Of a DNA stretch of 64,000 nucleotides, positions 9,831 to 18,361 are shown piece after piece (the stretch's first letter is position 1; each line of letters begins with the position of its first letter). This DNA is from a virus. The stretch lies in the IMG/VR virus record IMGVR_UViG_3300042396_000723, positions 1 to 64,000 of that record. One strand, written 5' to 3'. The notes beneath the pieces were generated by a model, which had not been told where the DNA came from, ran no database searches, and saw nothing but the letters and a program-made list of their open reading frames with translations. The position numbers and the translations under genes are program-made.

Positions 9831-10067
9831 TCAGTCCTCACATGGGGTTGACATTGGTTCTTGTTCAATCCTGTCAAAAACCTCTTTGATTATAGAGAAG
9901 TTTTTGACAGCTCGGTTTCCCGTGTAGATTTCTGTTTTCCCGTAAACTGTTCTTACTCTTAGGATTGGTAACTGTGAGTTTAAGTTACTGATTTGATATT
10001 CTTTGATGTCTTCGACTCTGATCATTGTTAATTCCTGTTTGGTGAAGTGATAGAGGGTGAAATTCAC
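9831..10067 (-). CDS. hypothetical protein
   Basis: 78-aa ORF. Confidence 0.4.
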   Translation of the reverse strand: MNFTLYHFTKQELTMIRVEDIKEYQISNLNSQLPILRVRTVYGKTEIYTGNRAVKNFSIIKEVFDRIEQEPMSTPCED

Positions 10068-10084
10068 CCTCTGGTTATTAGCTA

Positions 10085-10510
10085 CTAACCGAGTGATTGA
10101 CGGGCATCTCTCAGGATTTTGTCCATTTGTTCTTGTGTAATGTCCATATCAGGATTGCTTTTGATGCGCCCCGCGCTAAATGCTTTCCCTGCGTAGGAGC
10201 GAATCATGGGAATTACAGGAATTACCACGGGTCGGGGTCGGGGTTGGGTTGTTACAGGGCGCAAGGCTTTGTATGCGGTCATCCATTTATTAGTCTTAAC
10301 CGTTGCCCATTTACCGTTTAAAACCGTTCCATCTTTGGTTCGGATGAAGTGGATGGTTTGACCATCGTTTGTTAATTCAGTCCAACCATAGCGGATTTCA
10401 ATCGTCCCATCTGGGTGAACCATTTTGATTGTGTCGATTGTGATTCCGTCAAACGTTGAGGTGTAGCTTGAGATGATCTCTGTGGTGATTGTGGCGATTT
10501 GAGCTACCAT
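10085..10510 (-). CDS. hypothetical protein
   Basis: 141-aa ORF. Confidence 0.5.
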   Translation of the reverse strand: MVAQIATITTEIISSYTSTFDGITIDTIKMVHPDGTIEIRYGWTELTNDGQTIHFIRTKDGTVLNGKWATVKTNKWMTAYKALRPVTTQPRPRPVVIPVIPMIRSYAGKAFSAGRIKSNPDMDITQEQMDKILRDARQSLG

Positions 10511-10574
10511 TGATTTAAGTCCTTAATTGGGTTGAGTGGAGTCGGTTGGGTGTCCCTGGTAAGTTGCTCGACCG

Positions 10575-10680
10575 ACTTTGTTTTACTTCTATGTTTTACA
10601 TCTTAACCGATTTGTTTTACGCTGTCAAGTAGTTTTACATCAGTCTTACTTATATGTTTTACTCGTAAGTAAGACTGATA
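10575..10680. repeat. iteron cluster A: 5 copies of GTTTTAC plus a 12-bp inverted repeat (CAGTCTTACTTA...TAAGTAAGACTG)
   Basis: GTTTTAC at about 10580, 10593, 10614, 10632, 10656; perfect IR at about 10641-10677; TGTCAAGTAGTTTTAC is shared with cluster B. Confidence 0.55.
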
Positions 10681-10724
10681 ACTTATAGATGGGTGAACTC
10701 CCCTCTAGGGAGGGGATTTGGGAT

Positions 10725-10991
10725 TTATTTAATTTTCGATTTTAACCATTTGATGATTTCGGTAACTTTCACGTCTTCCGGGAAGGTTTCAGTATCGGTA
10801 AACTCTAAGCCCGTGGGGTCGTACTGGGTAAGTTCGGCTTCTAATTGACCCTCAAAGGTAAGCGTTAAGAACAATTCGCCGTCAGATGGTAAAAAGTCAA
10901 TTTCACTATTTCCAAAGCGATAGAAGAAACCTTCTTCTGTAATCATCTTTTCAGATGCGAATGTCAGGAGCCGTTCTGTTTGGTTATTCAT
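10725..10991 (-). CDS. hypothetical protein (acidic), flanked on both sides by iteron clusters
   Basis: 88-aa ORF. Confidence 0.45.
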   Translation of the reverse strand: MNNQTERLLTFASEKMITEEGFFYRFGNSEIDFLPSDGELFLTLTFEGQLEAELTQYDPTGLEFTDTETFPEDVKVTEIIKWLKSKIK

Positions 10992-11059
10992 GATAGTTAG
11001 GTGCGGTTGTAGTGTTTGCGGGCTTTTCTTTACCCTATGTATAACAGTATAACAATTCT

Positions 11060-11190
11060 GTCTTACTTTGTCAAGTAGTTTTACTTTAGTATTACTTATA
11101 GGTTTATACTGTTTTACAGAATTACAATTAATCTTACTTATATGTCTTACTATTCGTTTTACATCGTGCTACACTTGAAGGTAAGACACA
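11060..11190. repeat. iteron cluster B: repeated GTTTTAC and CTTACTTATA(T/G)G motifs upstream of the RHH gene
   Basis: TGTCAAGTAGTTTTAC, ATTACTTATAGG, TCTTACTTATATGTCTTAC, CGTTTTAC and inverted GTAAGACA all within about 130 bp. Confidence 0.55.
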
Positions 11191-11204
11191 GAAGGAGTAA
11201 ACCG

Positions 11205-11567
11205 ATGGCGGCTAACAAATTAATTAACTTTCGATGCCCTGATGACTTACTTGCTGCAATAGAAGCCTACGGACGGGAACACTACCCTAACGGTCGGGGT
11301 AATACTGATTTTGACCAATCCAAAGCATTACGGGATATTCTAATTTCTGGCTTGGAGAGTTTAACCAATGGAGAAGTAAAGATAGAGAAAAAGGCTGACA
11401 AGCCCAAATCAAGCTATGCCGACCTATTGGATAGGATTGCCAAACTAGAGGCGCAGCAACCCACAGCTATTGATCCAACTATTATGGCGCGGCTAGATGC
11501 GATGGAGGCTGCAATCGCATTTGAGAAGGTGATGGGGATTTTGAAACAAATTGAAACCCCTAGTTGA
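11205..11567 (+). CDS. ribbon-helix-helix (CopG-like) transcriptional regulator
   Basis: GAAGGAG sits 7 nt upstream of the internal ATG; N-terminus MAANKLINFRCPDDLLAAIEAY fits an RHH fold; track start 11142 lies inside the iterons. Confidence 0.5.
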   Translation: MAANKLINFRCPDDLLAAIEAYGREHYPNGRGNTDFDQSKALRDILISGLESLTNGEVKIEKKADKPKSSYADLLDRIAKLEAQQPTAIDPTIMARLDAMEAAIAFEKVMGILKQIETPS

Positions 11568-11605
11568 TTTTTAATCGGAATCAAGCAATTATCACTAATT
11601 AAAAA

Positions 11606-11633
11606 GGGTAGAGGTTCAATCTCTACCCTTTTT
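11606..11633. terminator. bidirectional intrinsic terminator
   Basis: GGGTAGAG/CTCTACCC stem flanked by AAAAA and TTTTT, between converging genes. Confidence 0.7.
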
Positions 11634-11664
11634 AATGTTTGGTTTTAACTAAGTATTCTGCTAA

Positions 11665-12507
11665 TTACTCACCGATAATCATTTGGCGATCGCCTTTTTG
11701 ATTTGCCCATAATTCCCGAACCAATTCAACAGATTCAGCCGGAATATAGTCAGTCTGAACCGGACGCATGGCTTTAGAAATTAGATGATCATGTCCGCAA
11801 GATTCTAACCATTTTTCCAACTCCTTGCCAGACTTGAATTTTAATTCCTTGCCAAGTTGAGCTAAGGACTTCCCACGAAATACAGCTAACTGTTTTCCGT
11901 CTTCATTCATAACAACCGACTCGAATTGGGTTTCGGTTTCTCTCACCACCGCTTCGGGGCGACCTTGAATGAGTGCTAACATTCCTGCACCGTGAATGGT
12001 GACGATAGAGGCACTGGATTCTAAAACAAATCGCTGATCTTTCATGGAACTGGCTTGGGCTTCGGCAATTCGGACTTGCAACCGGAGTGCTTCTAATTCA
12101 TCGTGTTGCTGAGGAATGACGGTTTCCGCTTCACGGGTTTTAACAACAAAGTAAGATTGAGCTTGAGCGATTTCCGGTTTGCGGACATCACCATTCATGG
12201 CGATAAGATATGCCGCGTAACGAGACAGCTTATAGTCCTCTTGTCTACTTCCCCCTCCCTGTGGGCGTTTTACCAGATTGTCGGCTCCGGCAAAATGGTT
12301 TTCCGTCAACTCTCCTTGAATTTGACATGACACAATTGCCCGTTGAATCGCATCAGCAAATCTTTTCCATTGTCCATACCCTAATAACCCCATCAACTCC
12401 CGTGCCAACCAATACTCGCAACCTTCACGGTCAATGCGCTTAATGGAATCAAAAGGGGATTTGGATTGATTGTGATCTTGATTGCCAGACAATGCTAAAC
12501 TAGACAT
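11665..12507 (-). CDS. Bro-N domain protein (DinD-like, DNA-damage-inducible/antirepressor family)
   Basis: CEYWLARELMGLLGYGQWKRFADAIQRA matches the Bro-N core; start placed at the internal ATG preceded by AAAGGAGGG rather than the track's 12642. Confidence 0.55.
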   Translation of the reverse strand: MSSLALSGNQDHNQSKSPFDSIKRIDREGCEYWLARELMGLLGYGQWKRFADAIQRAIVSCQIQGELTENHFAGADNLVKRPQGGGSRQEDYKLSRYAAYLIAMNGDVRKPEIAQAQSYFVVKTREAETVIPQQHDELEALRLQVRIAEAQASSMKDQRFVLESSASIVTIHGAGMLALIQGRPEAVVRETETQFESVVMNEDGKQLAVFRGKSLAQLGKELKFKSGKELEKWLESCGHDHLISKAMRPVQTDYIPAESVELVRELWANQKGDRQMIIGE

Positions 12508-12699
12508 GGGAAACCCTCCTTTGGGTTTTTGTAAGTAATTTTTGAGAAAAGCTGGAGACTTACTACTTCCTCCGGCTTTTCTCATTCCTATATTATACAC
12601 CAAATTAACAGGAGCTTGAATAAAAAACGGGGTATTTAGCAAGTAAATAATATTAAAATTGTGCGGTGGTAAATTACATTAAATACCCTACAATAATCC

Positions 12700-13035
12700 C
12701 TAAATATCCCCATTACCTTCATCTTCTAAACTTTGGATATGCTCAAATACTACGCCCGTTTGATAGATTTGTTCATGGAGTGTGGCAATGGCTTTAACCG
12801 TCTCTACTGCCATCCTTCCGTGAATATGCGTCCCTGATTTGGTTAACTTGCCACAGGCTTTCATTGGGTCATCGCTCTTGGATGCTTGACTATAAGCCTT
12901 TGCACTAACAGCAATAGAAGATGATGCGATTACGTCTAACCCACGCAAATAAACCTCCATCCTTTTGATTCCATCCTCAAGATCCTTTTTATACTTCTCT
13001 CTATTTTCCTCAATCATTGATTTAATTGCCTCCAT
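12700..13035 (-). CDS. hypothetical protein (possibly longer, with N-terminal HTH; see findings)
   Basis: 111-aa ATG ORF; 51 in-frame codons upstream encode an HTH-like segment without an ATG/GTG/TTG. Confidence 0.45.
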   Translation of the reverse strand: MEAIKSMIEENREKYKKDLEDGIKRMEVYLRGLDVIASSSIAVSAKAYSQASKSDDPMKACGKLTKSGTHIHGRMAVETVKAIATLHEQIYQTGVVFEHIQSLEDEGNGDI

Positions 13036-13276
13036 TTTTTCGTTAATAATCTCTCGTTTCCTTTCTTCCCAAATGGGTTGTTTTTTCCAGTGTCTTATTA
13101 TCCCTTCTGAAACTCCAATCTGACTGGCAACCTCTCTGTTGGACAGGGATGGGTTGTCAAGAAATGCCTTAACAGCATCTTTGATCAGATGTGCCTTACC
13201 TCCCTTTATTTCGCAACCTTACGCAATAACAACACTTTAAAGTTAACATAGTTGAAAACATTGCTACAACTTAAAT

Positions 13277-13927
13277 ATGAGTAAACTTAAAATTACTGAG
13301 ACTGATATCTCTAAATTGACCCCTGATCCTAACAATGCAAGGAAAAGAACGCCCTTATCAGCAAGCGTTATTAGGAAATCAATTGAACAATTTGGGATGA
13401 CTCGGAGCATTGTCACCGATGAAAATGGCGTTATTTTGGCGGGTAACGGGGCGTTTGAAGAAGCGGGTCAATTGGGTATTGAAAGGGTGATCGTCGTCGA
13501 AACAACGGGTAATGAGATAGTGGCGGTGAAACGGACAAACCTTACTGCCGAACAGAAAACTCAATATGCCATTGCTGATAATACGGCTTCTGATTTCTCA
13601 ACATGGGATTTTGATATTTTGAGTGAGTTAACTCAGGAAATTGATCTATCTGAGTTTTTCCCTGATGATAAATTGAATGAATTATTAAAACAATTGGGGG
13701 ATAGCAAGAATGAAGGTATCAATGTTTTCCCTGATTATATCAACATGGACGATCAGGATGTAGAGACAACAGCAGAAAATTTTAGCTCGAATGTTAAGAG
13801 GAGTATAATTATTGATTTTCCTGCCGATGAGTATGACGAAGCTAAAAAACTATGTAACACAGCAAAGAAAAAAGGAGAAGATATTGGTGCTATTTTAGTA
13901 TCTGCACTAAAAGATGTTTTACAATAG
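13277..13927 (+). CDS. ParB/Srx-fold (ParB N-terminal domain-like) protein
   Basis: N-terminal ISKLTPDPNNARK...VILAGNGAFEEAGQLGIERVIVV resembles the ParB N-domain but with GNGA in place of GERR; acidic C-terminus. Confidence 0.55.
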   Translation: MSKLKITETDISKLTPDPNNARKRTPLSASVIRKSIEQFGMTRSIVTDENGVILAGNGAFEEAGQLGIERVIVVETTGNEIVAVKRTNLTAEQKTQYAIADNTASDFSTWDFDILSELTQEIDLSEFFPDDKLNELLKQLGDSKNEGINVFPDYINMDDQDVETTAENFSSNVKRSIIIDFPADEYDEAKKLCNTAKKKGEDIGAILVSALKDVLQ

Positions 13928-13951
13928 AGAACGAACCAGTAACCTGTACAA

Positions 13952-14746
13952 ATGAAAGAACAAAAATTAATAGTAACAAAACATGACTACAAAAGAAATG
14001 ATAGCCCAACAAGCCTCATTCCGAACGTAGTAGACTCAACTGTATTCCTTGATTCTATCGGTAACAAAGTTGGATTTTATCTCAGGAGTTTGCCGGATGA
14101 TGTTAATGATGTTTTAGAATATTGCAACAAAGAACTAAGAAGTGACAGAGTACCTAAATCGACAATGCACAGACAATTGCCACTGGGAACTAAAAGCAAG
14201 ACAGGAGCGTGGGAATATGATACTGTCGAACAGGAGTCTGTGATAATCGGATCTGTACCCGCAAAGCCTCACCAAAGAAGACCTTTTAATTCAATAAGTC
14301 AAGTTCATTTAAAAAATTCAGCGTCTGCTTTTATTAAAGGAATGATAGTATTAGCAAAGCTGTCAGAGAATCTGATTAAAGATATTATGCCAGAGCAGTA
14401 TTTTATTCAGAAAAAAATAATAGAAGAAAATGTTTTAAAAAAATTTAGATTTGGAGATTTATTTACTAGCTCTATTAGCAATTATAATATAGCTGCTAAT
14501 TATCATCAGGACAATAGAAATCTCAAGAACACTGTAAATGTTATTTACTCAAAAAAAGAAAATGCCAGTGGTGGAAATCTTCATGTGCCAGACTATGATT
14601 TGGTTTTTGATAGTGTTGACGGATCAATGATCTGTTATCCGGCATGGGCAAACTTACACGGAGTTACACCTATTTTACCCACAAAGAAAGGTGGATACAG
14701 GAATGGTATTGTTTTTTATCCATTAGGAGGTTTGCACAAAGAATAG
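13952..14746 (+). CDS. hypothetical protein, possible 2OG-Fe(II) dioxygenase fold
   Basis: C-terminal H-Q-D (YHQD), a distal His (LHGV) about 50 aa later and Arg (YRNGIVFY) fit the HxD...H...R spacing; weak assignment. Confidence 0.3.
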   Translation: MKEQKLIVTKHDYKRNDSPTSLIPNVVDSTVFLDSIGNKVGFYLRSLPDDVNDVLEYCNKELRSDRVPKSTMHRQLPLGTKSKTGAWEYDTVEQESVIIGSVPAKPHQRRPFNSISQVHLKNSASAFIKGMIVLAKLSENLIKDIMPEQYFIQKKIIEENVLKKFRFGDLFTSSISNYNIAANYHQDNRNLKNTVNVIYSKKENASGGNLHVPDYDLVFDSVDGSMICYPAWANLHGVTPILPTKKGGYRNGIVFYPLGGLHKE

Positions 14747-14822
14747 ATAAAAACATATGAATACTACGATTTTGTTGCATATTGAGGTTAACATAATCAT
14801 AAACCCTTCTACAACTTAAAAT

Positions 14823-15470
14823 ATGAGTAAGCCTAAAATTACTGAGACAGGTATCAGCAAGTTGACGCTATCTATTCACGAAACATTTCAACAAACGATT
14901 CAAGGTGAAGGGTTTTGGTCTGGGACTCCGTGCGATTTCATCCGATTACACGGGTGTCCGGTGGGGTGTTGGTTTTGTGATACTGGGTATAGTTCACAAG
15001 AAACAGTTAAGCCTCCATCAAAAACTTTTAAAACTCTCGACAATTTACTCAGGGAGTTAAAATCTGAGCATATTGTGATATCAGGCGGGGAACCTTTTAT
15101 CCATAAAGAGTTGCCCGAATTGGTTGATGCTCTTAATGATGCTGATAAATTTGTTGCGATTGAGACATCAGGGAGTTTTTTTCAACCCGTTAAAGACACC
15201 TGGATAACCCTTTCCCCAAAAGAACATCTAAATGATCGTTACCCCGTTTTAGACGAGCTATGGGGACTCGCTAACGAAATAAAATTAATTATCTCCACAG
15301 GGCAGGAGATTGATTTTTACAAGAAAAAGTTAGATGCGTTAAATATTCCTATCTACTTACAGCCGGAATGGAATGGCATAAATAAAACCCTTCCTTTAAC
15401 AATTGAATTAGTGATAGAATATAAGTATAGACTTTCTTTGCAAACTCACAAATTAATAGGGGTTCAATAA
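14823..15470 (+). CDS. queE: 7-carboxy-7-deazaguanine synthase QueE (radical SAM)
   Basis: TIQGEG followed by CPVGCWFC (Cx3Cx2C) cluster; length 215 aa. Confidence 0.8.
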   Translation: MSKPKITETGISKLTLSIHETFQQTIQGEGFWSGTPCDFIRLHGCPVGCWFCDTGYSSQETVKPPSKTFKTLDNLLRELKSEHIVISGGEPFIHKELPELVDALNDADKFVAIETSGSFFQPVKDTWITLSPKEHLNDRYPVLDELWGLANEIKLIISTGQEIDFYKKKLDALNIPIYLQPEWNGINKTLPLTIELVIEYKYRLSLQTHKLIGVQ

Positions 15471-15880
15471 TGTGGACACTGGTTAAGAAATTCACCTTTG
15501 AAGCGGCACACCAACTAACTAAACATCAAGGCAAATGCTCAAGACTTCATGGACATAGTTGGGTTGGATATGTTTATGTTTCAGGTGATAACCTAAAACA
15601 ATCAGGTAGTGAAGCGGGGATGGTGATGGATTATGGCGAAATTAAAAAAGTTATCAATCTTTTGGTCGATAATTATTTAGACCACCATTTTTTAAATGAT
15701 ACGACAAAACTAGAAAACCCTACCAGTGAAGAAATAGCGAGATGGATTTATGATCGAATCAAGCTCAAGCTCCCAGGACTTACAGCAATCAGAATCGATG
15801 AAACTTGCACAAGTCAATGCTTCTACTCTGAACTCAGTGATTTCTCTAGTAGAATCCGCAATGGTGACATTATGGGGTGA
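15470..15880 (+). CDS. queD: 6-carboxy-5,6,7,8-tetrahydropterin synthase QueD
   Basis: FTFEAAHQL...CSRLHGHSW...LDHHFLND...ENPTSEEIARWIY...ETCTS, hallmark QueD/PTPS motifs. Confidence 0.8.
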   Translation: MWTLVKKFTFEAAHQLTKHQGKCSRLHGHSWVGYVYVSGDNLKQSGSEAGMVMDYGEIKKVINLLVDNYLDHHFLNDTTKLENPTSEEIARWIYDRIKLKLPGLTAIRIDETCTSQCFYSELSDFSSRIRNGDIMG

Positions 15881-16373
15881 ACTACCAGAAGGAATGAAAG
15901 AGACACCTTCTAGGGTTGTTAAATACTGGGTAGAGATGTCTCAAGGTATAGGCGTTGATCCTTCCGAGTCTTTGAGTAAAGTTTTTGATTGTGGATATGA
16001 CCAGGTAGTGATTGAAAAGGGTATTCCTTTCACTTCATTATGTGAACATCACCTATTACCCTTTTACGGTGTTGCTCATATTGGCTATATTCCTAATCAA
16101 AAAGTTGTAGGGTTATCAAAACTCCCAAGGGTTTTAGAGGTGTTGGCAACACAACCCCAAATTCAAGAAAGATTAACTGAACAGATGGGCGATTTGATTT
16201 TTGATAAGTTGAGTTGTAAAGGTGTTGTAGTAATTTTAGAAGCGGAACATAATTGTATGAGTTGTAGGGGAGTTAAAAAGCATGGGGTGAAAACTATCAC
16301 CAGTTGTTTAAGAGGTGTTTTTATGACTGATTCCGCAGCCAGGGCAGAAGTTTTAAACCTGATTAAAGGATGA
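15798..16373 (+). CDS. folE: GTP cyclohydrolase I FolE
   Basis: CEHHLLPF, GLSKLPR, QPQIQERLT and EAEHNCM motifs; start uncertain (in-frame alternatives 15750 or 15861); overlaps the queD 3' end in another frame. Confidence 0.75.
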   Translation: MKLAQVNASTLNSVISLVESAMVTLWGELPEGMKETPSRVVKYWVEMSQGIGVDPSESLSKVFDCGYDQVVIEKGIPFTSLCEHHLLPFYGVAHIGYIPNQKVVGLSKLPRVLEVLATQPQIQERLTEQMGDLIFDKLSCKGVVVILEAEHNCMSCRGVKKHGVKTITSCLRGVFMTDSAARAEVLNLIKG

Positions 16374-16557
16374 CATGAGAATACATTTGATTATTCCTAT
16401 TAAGGGGGGATGCAAGTTGACTTTGCATCAAATGTTTTATTAGAACAGGAGTACACCAATAATTTATTCTCTTTTGCTTATCAAGAGTACGAAAAATATC
16501 AGCATCAGTATTGGAATGGATTAATTAATCGCGTCAACAGTACAAGGAATGAAAACA

Positions 16558-17268
16558 ATGGCTGATAAATGTTTGGTAATTTTAAGCGGCGGTCAAGATA
16601 GTACGACTTGCTTGGCGATCGCAAAAAGTAAATTCAAAGAAGTTCACGCAGTAACTTTTAATTATGGTCAACGGCATTTAACCGAAATTGAGAGCGCGAT
16701 CAAAATAGCTGAAAAGTTAAACTTAGCTTCCCATGAAATTATCGATCTAGGTCAGGGGATTTTAAAAGGTAGCTCCCCACTGGTCAGCAACAACGAATTG
16801 GGAGTTTATAAGAATGTTGATGAATTACCTGGCGGGGTAGAACCAACTTTTGTTTATAGCAGGAATATTTTATTTTTAACTATTGCATCTAATCGCGCCG
16901 CCGTTATGGGTATTAATGATATCTTTATCGGTGTCTGTGAAGCTGATTATGCGGGTTATTTTGATTGCAGACTAGATTTTATCAATGTCATGTCGAAAGC
17001 GTTAGGAGAGGGTGTTTATGGTTCGCCCGATGCTTTTAAAATTCATACTCCGTTAATGAGCTTAACTAAAGCCGAATCGGTATTATTAGCTAAGGATTTA
17101 TTGGGTGATGATTTTGATTCAGTGATGGAATTAACCCATACTTGTTATGCGGGTGTTAAGGGCGGATGTGGTAAATGTCACGCTTGTTTGATTCGTGACA
17201 GAGGTTTTCAAGAGGCGGGAATAGTTGACCCAATATGGAAGTTTAGAAATGTATCTGTATTTAGTTGA
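16558..17268 (+). CDS. queC: 7-cyano-7-deazaguanine (preQ0) synthase QueC
   Basis: PP-loop SGGQDS and C-terminal zinc motif CYAGVKGGCGKCHAC; internal ATG preferred over track start 16549. Confidence 0.85.
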   Translation: MADKCLVILSGGQDSTTCLAIAKSKFKEVHAVTFNYGQRHLTEIESAIKIAEKLNLASHEIIDLGQGILKGSSPLVSNNELGVYKNVDELPGGVEPTFVYSRNILFLTIASNRAAVMGINDIFIGVCEADYAGYFDCRLDFINVMSKALGEGVYGSPDAFKIHTPLMSLTKAESVLLAKDLLGDDFDSVMELTHTCYAGVKGGCGKCHACLIRDRGFQEAGIVDPIWKFRNVSVFS

Positions 17269-18361
17269 TCACTCATCCGAACGCGGACAACGCAAAGTTC
17301 TTACTGAGGAGAGATATATAAGCTATTTGCAATCCTACGCATTCGTTGGACAAGCGGGTTTTATTGACACTCAAAAATATTGGGAGGAGTTATTGAGGAT
17401 TCATTTAGCTGATACAACAGCAAAACTAAATGGTGACGTTAACATAAAAGAAGTTTTAGTTGATGAAAACAAACCAGAACATCTGTTTAGTTATGCCTAC
17501 CAAAACCACGAATCTCAATGGTCTGATTCTTGGAATCAGACCATTGAGAAAAACAAGAATATGAATATACATTTAGCGGGTCATTCTGTTAACGTTGACA
17601 TGGACAAAGTGGTGAAGCCTTTACATGAAAACCATTTAACAACATTTGCAGACCAGAAAGAAGTTAAAGATACTTTGTCCATTTTGGACAAAGTATCTGA
17701 CTTAAGACCTAGAGTAATAATTGACTCAGGAGCATTTACAGCTTTTACAACTGGGAAAATAATTAATCCTAAAGATTATGCTACATGGTCTTTAGACTTT
17801 CAGAAGCGATGGGAGCATAAAATGAAATCTCTAAGTTTTATGAACCTGGACGTTATTGGTAATCAAGATGATAGCTGGAAAAATCAATCAATACTTGAAT
17901 CGTTAGGAATGAAACCGATTCCTATTATTACTTTTGGATGTGATAAAAAGCATTTAATTAGAGCATTAGATAACTATGATTATATAGCTTTAGGCGGTTT
18001 AGTTCCCCATAGTAGGAATAAAATCAAACTTCAAAAATGGTTAGATTATTGTTTCAACATAATCATGGGAAGATATAAAGAAACGGGTGTTATGTCAAGG
18101 ATTCATTTACTCGGTATAACAACTGATTGGGTACTGAAAAGATATCCCTGCTATAGTTCAGATTCGTCATCATGGGTTGCTTGTTTAAGGTTTGGCGGCG
18201 GTGCTGCTGCGGGTTTAGATAAAATACCCAGATATAAAGAATCAGATGCCGCGTTATCAGCAACAATTCACACTTTACGATCAGAGGTAGTAAAATATAA
18301 AAAGATGGAAACTGAAGCAACAAATTTATGGAAATCAAGGGGAATAATCTGGGATGACTAA
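17249..18361 (+). CDS. dpdA: DpdA-like DNA-guanine transglycosylase (TGT superfamily)
   Basis: VIIDSGAFT (cf. TGT DSGGFQ), YIALGGL and RIHLLGIT motifs; sits directly after preQ0 genes; ATG at 17249 preferred over TTG 17225. Confidence 0.65.
   Translation: MYLYLVDHSSERGQRKVLTEERYISYLQSYAFVGQAGFIDTQKYWEELLRIHLADTTAKLNGDVNIKEVLVDENKPEHLFSYAYQNHESQWSDSWNQTIEKNKNMNIHLAGHSVNVDMDKVVKPLHENHLTTFADQKEVKDTLSILDKVSDLRPRVIIDSGAFTAFTTGKIINPKDYATWSLDFQKRWEHKMKSLSFMNLDVIGNQDDSWKNQSILESLGMKPIPIITFGCDKKHLIRALDNYDYIALGGLVPHSRNKIKLQKWLDYCFNIIMGRYKETGVMSRIHLLGITTDWVLKRYPCYSSDSSSWVACLRFGGGAAAGLDKIPRYKESDAALSATIHTLRSEVVKYKKMETEATNLWKSRGIIWDD

Noticed and set aside
9618-9851. Plus-strand ORF 9618-9851
   Set aside because: Starts after a terminator with no promoter-like sequence and runs against the surrounding minus-strand operon; the minus ORF 9621-9830 was preferred, with low confidence.
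12103-12443. Plus-strand ORFs 12103-12330 and 12210-12443
   Set aside because: Antisense to the Bro-N/DinD-like gene, which has clear domain signatures.
16374-16557. preQ1 riboswitch upstream of queC (also checked upstream of queE at 14747-14822)
   Set aside because: No hairpin plus A-rich tail resembling the preQ1-I consensus; by-eye search only.
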